A stretch of DNA of 64,000 nt from Eledone cirrhosa (taxonomy: Eukaryota): the NCBI GenBank assembly GCA_964016885.1, contig OZ024740.1:239444001-239508000 (forward strand), written 5' to 3'. Below the pieces are notes generated by a model, which saw only the letters and a program-made list of their open reading frames with translations, made no database searches and had not been told where the DNA came from. Positions 1-13,465 of the stretch are shown piece by piece. The position numbers and the translations under genes are program-made. Within the stretch, counting starts at the first letter, position 1; every line of letters starts with the position of its first letter.

Positions 1-345
1 CCTTGTTGAAGGCACAATGTATACATTTCAATCAGGACAAAATTTTGTTGTAAAAAATCATTTCACATGTTCATCAAAAAATTTAATTTATCCCATTAAA
101 TGTAAAGGATGTAATGGAGATTATATAGGGCAAACTAAACTCACCATCAGAAACAGAATGACAATTCATCGCCAACAATTACGAGACCCTACCACAAGAC
201 AGATACCACTCAGTGGACATCTAGACATACGTGCAAACAATAAGAAACTCAAATTCTAAGTCTTCCCATTTTATCTTTGCCCTGAAAAATATAACTGACC
301 AAATACGAATAAATAAAGAATATATATTTATTCGAAAATATAGAA
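1..345 (+). pseudogene. Penelope-like element (PLE) GIY-YIG endonuclease 3' fragment
   Basis: ORF 17..259 reads FTCSSKNLIYPIKCKGCNGDYIGQTKLTIRNRMTIHRQQ...LSGH, matching the PLE pattern C-x-S-x-N-x-IY-x-I-x-C-x2-C-x3-YIG-x-T...R-x2-H. It is disrupted and followed by a SINE. Confidence 0.85.
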
Positions 346-360
346 TCAATTTGATTTCTG

Positions 361-543
361 TGGATTGGCAGTATCAGTAGAGAGTTGTACGCCATGCTTT
401 GACGCATAGAGTTACGGCCCTTGTTATTCTGAGTTCAAATCCCGCCGAAGTTAACTTTGCCTTTCATCCTTACGGGGTCGATAAGATAAAGTACCGGTAA
501 TACACTGGGATAATTGCTGGCCTTGTGCCAAAAGTAGAAACAA
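361..543 (+). mobile_element. tRNA-derived SINE, family 1
   Basis: A-box-like TGGCAGTATCAGTAG, B-box GAGTTCAAATCCC, conserved body CTTTGCCTTTCATCCTTACGGGGTCGATAA and 3' end CCTTGTGCCAAAAGTAGAAAC. More than 15 copies occur in the window. Confidence 0.9.
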
Positions 544-547
544 GAAC

Positions 548-812
548 TGGTCGCTCTCCGACAGGTTCGCGGCCGTGCCCTTGGCAGTGGAGACTTCTGG
601 TGTCCTTGGCCCTAGGGCTACCTCCCTATTCCCCACCATAAGCTCTGAGCTGGCCAGCCGCAGGTGTGAGCCTCGCGAGTTGGAATGGCTCTTCCAGCGC
701 ATCTCCCTTATCTTCCTCCTGTCCGCCGGGGCTGTGAGGAGGCCAGCACGTGAGACCCCATTTGCTCACCATACGGATTAATAGGCAAAGTTATAAACTA
801 TTGTAAATAAAA
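548..812 (+). pseudogene. 3' fragment of an RLE-type (CRE-like) non-LTR retrotransposon
   Basis: GC-rich island translating to VPLAVETSGVLGPRATSLF...RRCEPRELEWLFQRISL, resembling the P-x-AVET-x-G...RE...LFQRIS C-terminus of CRE-clade RLE domains. It ends near TGTAAATAAAA. Confidence 0.6.
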
Positions 813-1279
813 TACTGTACCGATTGAATTATTAAGACGATAAACCGCCTTCCTACACACACACGCGCGCGCACACAAATAAAAAGATATTTTTCTTTTC
901 TACCCTGCCACCACCATCGCCGCCGACATCACTATCGACACAAACATCCGATTTATTTCAGTAGGAAGCACGACACCAGCCATACTCACTGAACCAGAAC
1001 TAATTTCGCCTCCCATTTCTTGACCATTCTCTTTTGTTTAGCACAAAACGTTCTATGATTAACGGGCCATTTTTGGCGCCTATATTATCATGCCCAATCA
1101 CGTGACTGTCACCAACAGATAAAATGGCAAATACAATAAGAACGTCCGAACACGAACTGTGCGAAATTTAATGTACTTAATCACGTGACAGTCATCAACA
1201 AACCCTATTACATTTTAAAGAAATAGCAATCTGAGCCACTGCTTTCGTATAAAACTGATAGAACTTTCGAACACGAACT

Positions 1280-1390
1280 CTCCATCTCAATTTTATTTTT
1301 GAAAATCATAAGATCTGTGAAACCGGCAAAGTAAATAAATAAATAAATATTCTTAAAGACTCCAGTGGCATTTTCAGTTTCTTTCTTTTC

Positions 1391-1466
<76 letters not shown>

Positions 1467-1707
1467 AAATATACAAGAAGTAAACATTAAACAATCTTTT
1501 AAATAAATTAAAATATGATTTAAATATTCACCTGTTCTAATGCTGTAACATTCAGAGACCAACCAGATGTGAGAAAAACTACAAACCCTCCATCTCAACT
1601 CACTTTTTGAAAAGCAGAAGAATTACGAAACCGGTAAAGGAACCAAATAAATATATATATTTAAAAAAAAAATAAGACTCCAGTTGCATTTTCGATTTCA
1701 TCTCTTT

Positions 1708-1710
<3 letters not shown>
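1280..1710 (+). repeat. Two direct copies of a pLTR-like repeat (1280-1395, 1500-1710); a further inverted copy lies at 4290-4450
   Basis: Shared sequence CTCCATCTCAA..TTTTGAAAAGCAGAAGAA..CGAAACCGGTAAAGG..GACTCCAGTTGCATTTT. Confidence 0.75.
1603..1640 (+). ncRNA. Minimal type-I hammerhead ribozyme-like motif, U3-A8 core variant (stem II damaged)
   Basis: CTTT-TTGAAAA-GCAG aagaa TTAC-GAAA-CCGG-TA-AAGG: stem I, variant core, palindromic stem III (ACCGGT) and a GUA triplet. Confidence 0.55.
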
Positions 1711-1748
<38 letters not shown>

Positions 1749-1985
1749 ATTATACACGCCCGTGTATATTTATCTATCCCTGCAAGATAAGTCAACATGA
1801 ATGGATCTGTTATTTTTATCTAAAGACATTTTTTCCAATTCCAAATCTATCTATCGTCCGAAACGGCATAGCATATTGTTAATATGTTATCCCTGAAATA
1901 TATATAATGAAATAAATATGGTTTTATAAATATAGTTTCCATTTATTTAATATTATATATATATATGTATATATATATAGATATG

Positions 1986-2152
<167 letters not shown>

Positions 2153-2229
2153 GTGTTTGTGTGTGTGTGTGTGTATACATACATGCATACATCAACTGAT
2201 CTGTACAACTTAGCTAAATATGCCATAAA

Positions 2230-2720
2230 TCTAAAATTGACAAAGTAGTATTTACTGACGGCTTTCGTGGAAATGAAGTGATAGGAAAAGAGATTTATAA
2301 TAGCATTGTGTGCAAATAAAATATTTGGATTACTCAGCAACGAAAGTATTGACATTACTGAAAGTCAAACTGTTGCTTGATATTCTTTATCTCTGAAGAT
2401 TTGGATAACAATCCAAAGACTACCGTTATCATTGATCTTCTTGACCATTACCAATCGTGGCACTGTGGAAACATTCTGTTGTATACGTTCTGATTAACGA
2501 TCTAAATGCTACAATTACATCTTTAAATCTGTTTCTCAGCCTATAAGCCATGATATATTTTGTGTGTTGTTGAATATAGAAAGAGTGAGTGTGATTGTTT
2601 AGCTCCTTCAAAAGGTGAACGTCACAACTAATTCCCCATTGGTTAGTTGACTTTGGTATTAAGTGTGTGTGACCAGTACAATGAACGTGTGAATTAAAAG
2701 CATCGAATTTCATAACGACG
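2230..2720 (-). pseudogene. Highly degraded pogo/Tigger-like DDE transposase remnant
   Basis: ORF 2429..2713 (FDAFNSH..LIPKST..SCDVHLLKELNNH..IVAF..GNGQED) loosely matches the DDE_1 pattern D-x-F-x-x-H / IP-x-G-x-T / QP-x-DV / DG-x-ED. Confidence 0.4.
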
Positions 2721-2916
2721 CAAAGAAAATAAGATTTGAATAAATGAACTTTGAAGTAAACAACTAGAATAAAATCTGTTCAACGGAGAGAAAATATTTC
2801 TAAAAGTTAGAAAACAAAATTAAAACATGAAAACGTCAGCGTTGATGAATTGGTAACTTAATTAAGATACATGACTAATTGATAGATGAGTGGTTATCTT
2901 GTCATGCATTAGAGGG

Positions 2917-2960
<44 letters not shown>

Positions 2961-3574
2961 ATACATACGTACATATATTCTTATACATAAACACACACCC
3001 ACACACATATATATATATATGTGTATATATATATATACATATATATATATAATACCTCATTACCAGAGATTTCCCGAAAACGTCCTCATTCGTTCATCGG
3101 ACAAGGCAATTTAAAACATAGTGAAATATTTGAAAAATCTCCTCAAGAAAGGCAAGATTTTAACGGGCAAAAAAATAAAGCAAGAGATATATAAAAATAA
3201 GGAAATATAGTTAGGGTATGTGTATAAATGTGTATATATTCACTCACAAATGTACATATGTGCGTATGTACAAATGCATGTGTATAGTGAAAATGTGTAT
3301 GGGCGTAAGTACGTATATGAGGGCAAGCATAATAGTGTATGTGTGACCAATACGTATATAATATAAGTTGAAAAATAATGTACATCCAGATTTAGGTATT
3401 AAATATATACACATACAAGTATGAAAGCACGCGTATAAACACACACGCGCGATCATTTATATGCGGAAGATAAAAAGGGAAGGGAGTGTATTAGTCAAAA
3501 AGAGTGTCATATTCGATATATATATATAAAAATGAAACAATATATGAGAATATATATATATATATATATATATA

Positions 3575-4287
<713 letters not shown>

Positions 4288-4353
4288 AAAAAAGATGAAA
4301 TGGAAAAGGCAACTGGAGTCTTTTTTTTTTTTAAATATATATTTATCTGGTTC

Positions 4354-4389
4354 CTTTATCGGTTTCGCAGTTCTTCTGCTTTTCAAAAG
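4354..4389 (-). ncRNA. Minimal hammerhead ribozyme-like motif, U3-A8 core variant
   Basis: Minus strand reads CTT-TTGAAAA-GCAG aagaa CTGC-GAAA-CCGA-TA-AAG, with a perfect 4-bp stem II and a 3-bp stem I. Confidence 0.55.
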
Positions 4390-5001
4390 TAGAATTGAGA
4401 TGGAGGGTCTGTGGTTTTTCTAACATCTGGTTGCTTTTTGAATGTTACTTCTGTTTTATATGGAAAAATGTGGCTCGAAATGCCAGGTTTTTAGAGAAGT
4501 AATTTGGTTGGTTGCTGAATAAGTATAATAAATTTCGTTACAAAGTTCTTCAAACAAAGGGGGGGGGGGGGGCGGCGCTGAGGTTGTTTTTTCATATATG
4601 AGTGAAGTTTGGTTGGTTGATGCAGTCATGTGAATAAGCACATCAGCTTTCGCGCGAGTTTGTGTTTGAATTTCTTTTTACTTAAAAAAAAGGCGGCCCA
4701 CAAAGGCTTTTTTTTTTTTTATATAAATGTAATTTGATTGGTTATAAATGAAATTATGACTGTCACGTGCACAAGTACATTAAATTTCGCGCCCGTATTT
4801 TGGAATTTTTTATTTTTTATAGCCATTTAGAGAATGTTGTGCCAAACAAAAGATAATGGTTAAGAAAAGGGGATGGAGAGAGTTGTACTGAGTATGACTG
4901 ATGTGCTGAAATGTAATTTGATTGGTTATACATGAAATTATGACGGTCACGTGAACAAGTACATTAAATTTTGCGCCCGCATTTGGGAATTTATTTTGTA
5001 G

Positions 5002-5373
5002 CCCAAATTAAGCCGTACAGTGTTCGGCAACCATCGTTGCCCTTTTGTTCAACACTGACAAAGGAACGATGAACCACGGATGCATCGTCGACAAAGGAAC
5101 GATGAACTAGTTTCTAGCTTATTAATTGTCATCAGGGTTTCTTGGTCAGTCGATTGAACGTTTGAAAGTATATACTTTCCTTGTGTATATTAACGGCTGG
5201 GCAGCCTAATTTGCATATCGAGTGAGTTAGTCGGTCGGGCGTACTGAAAATGATAAAAGGAAAAAATGAAATTTCATTTCTCACTCTTAGTACGGCTGAT
5301 ACTTAAATATAAGTATGTATACGTACATACATATATGTATGCAGACGTACAGTAGTATGTATATACATACATG

Positions 5374-5437
<64 letters not shown>

Positions 5438-5890
5438 GGTTTACCGAATATTTATTATAATGTACGTACATACATATATGTATGCAGACGTACAGTAGTA
5501 TGTATAATGTTCGGTTTGTTTGTAAACAAACAGCCCGAATTAAGCCGTATACTGTTCGGCAATCATCGTTGCCCTTTTGTTCAACACTGACAAAGGAACG
5601 ATGAACTTTCAAACGTCCAATCGACTGACAGGAAGGTTTATGGTGCTGATGACAGCTAATAAGCTAGAAACTAGTTCATCGTTCCTTTGTCAGTGTTGAA
5701 CAAAAGGGCAACGATGGTTGCCGAACACTGTACGGCTTAATTCGGGCTGTTTGTTTATAAACAAACCGAACATTATAATAAATGTTCGGTAAACCCATAC
5801 GTACATATATGTGTGTGCATGTATGTATGTATATACATACTACTGTACGCCTGTATACATATATGTATGTACGTATACATACTTATATAT
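5002..5890. repeat. Hairpin-rich ~0.5-kb non-coding repeat family in tandem and inverted arrangement
   Basis: The unit (CCGAACATTTATTATAATGTTCGG...GCCGTACAGTGTTCGGCAACC...CTCACTCTTAGTACGGC) occurs head-to-tail and then inverted. It recurs at 11565-12350 and 20980-21250. Confidence 0.8.
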
Positions 5891-6109
5891 ATATATATAC
5901 TCCGTGCACAACATTCTCATACATCAGAATTATCAAGACTTATTGGTGGGGACATGATCATTTATCTCTCAATTAGGCATGTCTCTTAATTAAGTTACAA
6001 CTTATCAACTTTAATCTAGTTTGTATGCATACATACCTCCACCCATCCATCCATCTATCCATCCCTCCATACATACATACATGCATACATAAATACATAC
6101 ATACATACA

Positions 6110-6631
6110 TGGTGGCTGTAAACTCTGCTAAGAGTATTGCAATCGCTTGTCAGATTACAGAAAATTGTGCACCTTTAGGCTACGGCCAGCCACACGAACC
6201 TTTAACATAACCTGAGCAAGCAATGCCTTTACTTTCAAGGTTTTTTAAGTGGGGAAAGGCCTTGCACTCGACCAATCCTACTCTCTGAGCATGGAAAACA
6301 CTACCCGAATAGGAGAACTGGTCAACATCATCGGATGCTTCCGAAGCTGCAGGTTTTTTTCAGTTTTCCTTTCTTAGAAAGGTATTGTGGCAACAACTGA
6401 GGGCCTTTCACTCCCAGGTGAAAAAAAAAGGTACTATTTGAATGGCCGTTGACTCTGCTGAGTTCCTCCGCGCTTTTTTGGGTCCTGTATTTCATCCCAC
6501 AGGGTGGCTAAATATCACCCTTCTCAACAAGCAAGCTTGGTGGGGTTGCCGGCTTAGTGACCGTCGACCTGACCATGAGACAGGTAGTAGTGGGTTACAT
6601 GTTACCAGTAGCACTCGAGAACGACGTAACA
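6110..6631 (-). mobile_element. ~520-bp dispersed repeat, subfamily b of the microsatellite-embedded element
   Basis: Reverse-complement match to 63298-63818. Its 5' half is homologous to 3575-4184, and it is flanked by (CATA)n. Confidence 0.8.
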
Positions 6632-6689
6632 TACATACATAGTGGTAAATATGTGTTATTGATGCTGCTCTCGTTGATGCCGCCTTAGC

Positions 6690-7820
6690 CTGCGCATCAA
6701 ACCAGGAAGAGACTTACTTGTCTCACCATATAGTGTACGAGTTCACTTCTCGCCTGCTCGAGTTTCATTAGTGTGGCATGATTTGTGGTGCTGTGTTAGC
6801 CCACCTGCAGAGGGACACAAGTGTATGGGGTACTCAAATGTGTTATTTCCATGTGTGTAACAACTGCTATGATATAGTAGTCTTGTCTTTGACATTCATT
6901 CACATCCGTATCCCTCACACGTAAAAGTCTCTTTCGAATCTCGTTCTTGGAGAGGACTAACAACCCGAATATATTTCACTTCAGCATACGTTCTCATCTT
7001 CTTTTTAAATTCATCAACACCAGTAGCAATCAGATTTCGCCATTGGGCTCTGTTTTTGCAAGAATTTCCCGTTTTGGTGTTGATGTTGAACTTCTTCATG
7101 GTATCTTTAAGGCACTCTTTACAGTGCTGACATGGCGTACACTGCTGGCATTTGCTTTGCAATAGTTCTCCATGCACTACTTGTTTTAGGAGTCTGCTGT
7201 CCTCTAGGTGTACTATGTGGCATGACCACCGGAGACGTGGTTTTATGATCATGATCTCGATGCTTTTCAGACAGGTTTGCTGCAGCATATCAGTGTTAGG
7301 TGTATGAGGTCTTGAGTATAGAGCGCTGGATATGCAGGCAGTATGTTGTCCATGTCACACATCCATCTAGCACATGCGCGATCCACTTCAAATTTCGTAC
7401 GCACACTGATATCTGACTGTGACCACAGACGCTTCACCAGCTTGCCAAGAGAATCGAAAGCTTCAGACATCACTTACTTCTTCCTCAAATGTGCTAGTCC
7501 TGGAGAGAGTAGACGAACTGATCCATGTCCTTCAAGATTTTCCCTTTAACATATATAGATGGTAGAATTATGTCTTTCCATGTGCATGTTAGTACAGCAC
7601 CACTGTCTTTTCCAGGCTGATTGTCAGTCCAAATTCAGAAGCAAACCATTAGAAGCTGGAGGTCTTCTTTCTTGTGTCTAACAAGATCACAGTTGCCTGC
7701 ATAAGGAAAATCATGTATCAGTGCAATATATGTTTTTGATGCATCAAGATATCGTCGGATGTTAACGAACCTTTCTGTTGTTCGATAACGTGTATATATG
7801 CCAACATCAGCGTTGGTGAA
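6690..7820 (-). pseudogene. RTE-clade LINE, degraded RT C-terminal part
   Basis: Fragments IHDFPYAGNCDLVRHKKEDLQLLM (decayed YADD region), AFDSLGKLVKRLWSQSDISVRTK and RLRWSCHIVHLEDSRLLKQVVHGEL...NRAQWRNLI are typical RTE motifs, now frameshifted. Confidence 0.85.
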
Positions 7821-8003
7821 TACATACATACATCCATCCGTACATTCATACATACATCCATCAATCCACCCATCCATCCATCCATCCATCCATCCATACA
7901 TACATACATACATACATACATACATACATACATCCATACATACATACACATATTTATGAATAATCGAAAGAAAATTAAATCATATAAACTAAATAGTGAA
8001 ATA

Positions 8004-8302
8004 ATTGTTTCTACTTTAGGCACAAGGCCAGCAAATTACCAGTGTATTACTGGTACTTTATTTTATCGACCCCGTAAGGGTGAAAGGCAAAGTAAACCTC
8101 GGCGGGATTTGAACTCAGACCGTAAAGGGACGTAACTATGCTGGAAAGCATGGTGTCCGACTCTCTACCGATACTGCCAATCCACCTCTAAATAGTGAAA
8201 TAATTGTTTCTACTTTTGGCACAAGGCCAGCAATTATCCCAGTACATTACTGGTACTTTATTTTATCGACCCCGTAAGGATGAAAAGGCAAAGTTAACCT
8301 TC
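8004..8302 (-). mobile_element. Two tandem family-1 SINEs (one full, one 5'-truncated) at one target site
   Basis: CTAAATAGTGAAATAAT occurs three times (about 7989, 8187 and 8304), bracketing both copies. Confidence 0.9.
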
Positions 8303-8409
8303 ACTAAATAGTGAAATAATACAATCTATTCTCTGCTCTATAAATAATAAAAGTAGAAATAAAGGAAAGAGGGAATAATATTACAACAACAGTCGCTCGA
8401 AAAGTATGA

Positions 8410-8725
8410 TATGTAATTGCAGAAACCCTAATAATTACTCACTTTGTGGTTAATGTCTTAGAGCCAATATTGTATATAAATGTAAAGTGATAACTAATGA
8501 TAAGAACTTTAACTACATTGGGGCTACAGCTAATAAATGTTACGCCCATATATATTCGTTTAAAAATAGGAAACTGAGGAACATTAGCTGAATTAATTTG
8601 GACCCTAAAAAATGACAACATTAAATATCATACTAACTGGGCGATTATAAATACAGCTACACCGTATGGAGGTAATGAAACTGGTTGCAATCGTTGCTTA
8701 ACAGAGGCATATTAGATACTTAATT
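8410..8725 (+). pseudogene. Second PLE GIY-YIG endonuclease remnant, from a different lineage
   Basis: Manual translation gives CNCRNPNNYSLCG*CLRANIVYKCKVITNDKNFNYIGATA ... TNWAIINTATPYGGNETGCNRCLTEAY, fitting the CNCR..CPL.G.C..VY..YIG..W.I..C.LCL.E pattern. It is not in the ORF track because of stops. Confidence 0.75.
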
Positions 8726-11332
8726 CTAGCTTTGATCTGCTAAATGCAAAGGGGTGGCTGCTCCGGGGAGAAGGATTGACAAGACATTCCATGTGGCAAC
8801 AGGAAGTCTATGGCGCAAACCAATTTCTCGTTGGTGAGGGGCATGCAGGGGTCGGTTCCGATGTTTATGATCGCTGGCTTAGGATGGCGCTGGCCTCGTC
8901 GAGCAAGAACAAGAAGAGCTGAAGAAATGCAAACAGTAAGGTAATTCCGTCCTGTCGATATAGAATTTTTCGCTGGGTATTCCTTAGACACGTGTACACA
9001 ACATAATTCTGTGAAATTCAACGTGATACTGTATTACAAGGCTGACCCTTTGAATTACAGGCACAGTCCACCCGACGGGCTTCTGCCGAATCTAGATCCA
9101 CTCAATTTCACTAACAAGACATGAGGCAACTTGAAGTTATGGTAAATAACACTTGACCAAGAGGCCACGTAGTGAGATCAAACTCGGGACCTAATGATTA
9201 CGAAGCAATCTTTCTAACCATTCTGCAATTCTGCGTCCACACGTTGCCTCCACCATCACTACCACACCATGACTAGAAACATCATCCCTGCCTCCTCCAT
9301 CCATCCCCACCACTATTGTTTGCCATTGTCATCTCTTATTTGTATGTTCTCTGACTTTCTTTATTTTTTCTGTTTCTTGTTTTACTGATGTTTTTCTCCA
9401 CATCTCTCTTGTGTGATTGTTTATACATCATTGATACCACGATTTTCCGCACCTTTCTTTTTTTCTCTCTCACCCATGCACTCTAACTCTCTCTCTCTCA
9501 CTCGCTCCTCTCTCACTCTCTCCTCTCTCTCACCATCTCTCTCTTACCCCCCCCCCCTCTATCTGTCTTTTGTTCCCTATCCTCCTGTTTCTCTATTTTC
9601 TCTGTCCATTTACCATCATCATTGTCATCATCACTGACACCCCCACCACTAACCATATATTTCTTACTCTATGACTGATGCCGTACTTACAAAGACAGAA
9701 CGAGATTAATATTATGTTGGCAAATAAAATAGTTCTATTACTTAGCATCGAGTGCATTAGCATTATTAAAAGTCAAACCGCAGTCAGCAGAATTCACCGT
9801 GTTGCAAACATTTTCATCAAACCCCCAGTTCTACTCCCACGCACACTTTTCCTGCAGCCGTCGGCTTGGCATCGACCTCACCAATCTCACTACAAAGGAC
9901 ATTGAACTTTCCGTGCCTTACTAACACCCTCCCCACACACAAAAACAACAACAAAAACAAGAAAAGAACCGTAATTTAAAGTGAAGTGCAATAATTTTGA
10001 AAGTATTTTAGGTGACCCTTTGAAGACAACCAATATACTGTGACGTAGTAGGTATTTGTTTGGGGTGTATTCATAATTGTTGTTCGTTGTTTAGACAAAA
10101 GACGCCTATGATCGATCAGAGCCATGATGAAATGCGTTCTAGCAGTAAATATACAATGTTTACCTTAAATATCTAAGAGTATATTATACAATTTGTCAGT
10201 TTACTTTTTCGAGTCAGTTGTGTTTTGAAGGAGAGTCGATTGCTCATTTCAGCATGTCGAATACCCACGTAGAGAGTTCCCTTATTGTCACGTTGTAGAC
10301 GTGACATTTTACTCGTATTTATATTCCAATCATTGGGGAGTTTCAAATGGTATGAGATACGATAAAGCTAATGACACATTATTTGGGAGGCTGTGTACCT
10401 TTCTTGGCTTGATATGTGTAACTGATATTTTGATCACTACAAGAGCACAGTTAAGTTCACTTCGCAGCTACGTCATTTTAAATTCGATTTCAGCACGTAG
10501 CTTCTTGGACAAGTGTCTTCGACAATAGCCCTGGTTTGACTAATGTACTGTAAGTGAAACTACATGAAAGCTTGTCAGGGGATCAGTTCCTGTTTTTCAG
10601 TGATAGACTTAACCGCTGTCTGGTGGAACATGACCACCGGACCCTTCATTGCTACTAGAAAACCCAGACTTTTGCAAGCATTCAAAACAGGCCTCTGGCC
10701 CGATTATAACTTACTCCTTTCTTTCAACTAAGAAATTATATCTACATCATAAAGATATCTATTAGCGCAGTTTATGCATAATATATAAAGAAGGTCATTA
10801 TGTTGGGTTACAGCAGAAATATTTTGAGCCACATGAATGGCGGTTTACTGAAACATTTCATTAATATGAATGGTTCGGTGTCAAGTGGAATATACAAACC
10901 AGGGCTGTGTGTGTCTGGGTACATACTAATTTAGTTTCTAACTCTCTTATTGGAAATAAAGTTTTCTTTCACTAAAATAACTAAAATACTGAAATACGCC
11001 ACAAAAGTTATACTGTAGGACATTTGATGAATGGACAACTGTTATAACTTTCTGTCCATGATACTAAGTAAAATATTGTTCTTGGAAGTAGGTGCATGTA
11101 TTTATATCTACTGATGCATATGTGCAGAGAAATGTGTTCACAAGCATGCATACTCATACAGGCATAGATAGACTGATAGTATACATATACATACATATAT
11201 ATATATATATAACTTACAGTAACAAAAACACACACATACACTCACACACATACACACTCACACACACACGCACACACACGCACACACACACACACATATA
11301 TATAGGTATGTTTTGAAATAGCAAGCGATATT

Positions 11333-11534
11333 TAAATTAGAAATAGAAGCTTTCGCCGTATTTTTGACTAAAGAAATTTTAGGCTGACAGTAGGGTTTAG
11401 AATTCTCAAAGAAATGGATAAAGAGGAATACGTCAATACTCATCTTTTTCCATTTCTTTGAGGGTTCTAAACCCCACTATCAGGATAAAGTTTCTTTAGT
11501 AAAAAATTCGGCGATAGCTTCTATTTCTAATTTA
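11333..11534. repeat. Fold-back inverted repeat with ~86-bp imperfect arms and a ~30-bp spacer
   Basis: TAAATTAGAAATAGAAGCT..GAAATGGA (11333-11418) pairs with TCCATTTC..AGCTTCTATTTCTAATTTA (11449-11534). Confidence 0.85.
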
Positions 11535-11564
11535 GTATATATATATATATATATATATATGTAA

Positions 11565-12350
11565 GCATGTATGTATACGTACATACATATATGTATACAA
11601 ACGTACAGTAGTATGTATATATATACATACATACACACATATATATATGTGCACGTATCAGTTTACCGAACATTTATTATAATGTTCGGTTTGTTTGTAA
11701 ACAAACAAACAGCTCGAATTACGCCGTACAGTGTTTAGGCAACCACGTCACCTTTTTGTTCAACACTGACACAGGAACGATGTACTAGTTTCAAGCTTAT
11801 TAGCTATCGTCAGCATCGTATACCTTCCTGCCAGATGGTTGAACGTCTGAAAGTATATACTTTCCTTATGCATATTAACGGCTGAGCAGCCTATTTTGCC
11901 TATCGAGTGAGTTAAGTCGGCCGGGCACACCGAAAACGATAAATGGAATAGAATGAAACGAAATTTCATTTCTCACTCTTAGTACGGCACTTACTTAAAT
12001 GTATACATACATACATATATGTATACAGACGTACAGTAGTATGTATATATATACATACATGCACACATATATATATGTTGAATAAAAAGGTGATGTGGTT
12101 GCCTAAACACTGTACGGCGTAATTCGAGCTGTTTGTTTGTTTACAAACAAACACACCGAGCATTATAATAAATGTTCGGTAAACCGATACGTGCATATAT
12201 ATATATGTGTGTGCATGTATGTATATATATACATACTACTGTACGTCTGTATACATATATGTATGTACGTATACATACATACATGCTTACATTTAAGTAA
12301 GTGCCGTACTAAGAGTGAGAAATGAAATTTCGTTTCATTCTATTCCATTT
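11565..12350. repeat. Hairpin-rich repeat family (same as 5002-5890): a forward unit plus an inverted partial unit
   Basis: Direct sequence similarity to 5002-5890. Orientation switches near 12078. Confidence 0.8.
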
Positions 12351-13022
12351 ATATATATATATATAATATATATATATATAAAATAGCAAAAAAAAAATAT
12401 ATATATATAAATAATAGCAAAAAATTAATAAACATTTAGAAGAAACAAGGGGCTGTATGGTTGGGGAGGGCAACGTCGATTAAATCGACTCCAGTGGGTT
12501 ACTGGTACTTTATTTTATCGACACTAAGGATGAAAGACAAAGCTAACTTTGGCACGATTTGAACTCAGAACAAAGCATGTTGTCCGATGCTCTATCGATT
12601 AATTATAACTATAACATAAAAAATAAAAATAGGGGGAAGGTGATGCAGGCTCCACACATTTGTAAAAGCATACAAAATGGCGTAAGTATTGCCGCGGAGA
12701 ACATTATGAAGGAGGCGTTGCTGCTCGGGTCCAAGGAAAGTGTCTGCGGGGTTAGAACCACGCTACCGGTATATAGTAGATAACCACATAGAATGACTAT
12801 GCGAAGACGATTTGGCAGTATTTTAACATTAAATGTATCGTATATAAATGCATTACTGGATTAAACTATAATGTTGATCATATTGTCATACCACAAATAA
12901 AATGACAAATGATAATGGATTCTATAGATGTTTTACTGCAACTGGACATCTCGTTAAGGATCATCGGGGATAAAAAGAGAAAAGATATTTCTAACACACA
13001 CGCATACACATATATATATATA

Positions 13023-13125
13023 TAACAAAATGTTGAAGACCCCAACGGCAGAGTTCAAGCCGTTTTGACGGCTATTTCGTCGAAACGGCTTGAGCTCTGC
13101 CGTCGGGGTCTTGAACATTTTGCTA
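13023..13125. repeat. Near-perfect long hairpin with a ~48-bp stem and 7-nt loop
   Basis: CAAAATGTTGAAGACCCCAACGGCAGAGTTCAAGCCGTTTTGACG-gctattt-CGTCGAAACGGCTTGAGCTCTGCCGTCGGGGTCTTGAACATTTTG. Confidence 0.9.
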
Positions 13126-13166
13126 TTACCCACTCTACTACCCTAAAACAAAGAAAAGAATCCCCA

Positions 13167-13209
13167 GTCACTGAAGAGGTCACAGAATGTGTGACGAAAG
13201 GACTTTGAC
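13167..13209 (+). ncRNA. Degenerate minimal hammerhead ribozyme-like motif
   Basis: GTCA-CTGAAGA-g-GTCAC agaatgt GTGAC-GAAA-GGAC-TT-TGAC. There is one extra nucleotide before stem II and stem III is weak. Confidence 0.45.
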
Positions 13210-13417
13210 AATATATAAACAATCATCTGGTTGTGGAACCAACCAACCAACCGGAAATGTATAAATTCCTAAATTTATAAATTTATTATAATAAATTGAA
13301 GTGAAAGTAACTGGTGCGTGTGTTTCTTATTGGCAACATGACCCTCCCAAAGTATAACAATATCGGTTTCAACACACGTTTTCAGATAAAGAATCTTGCT
13401 AAACAAATTCAGAAACG

Positions 13418-13465
<48 letters not shown>

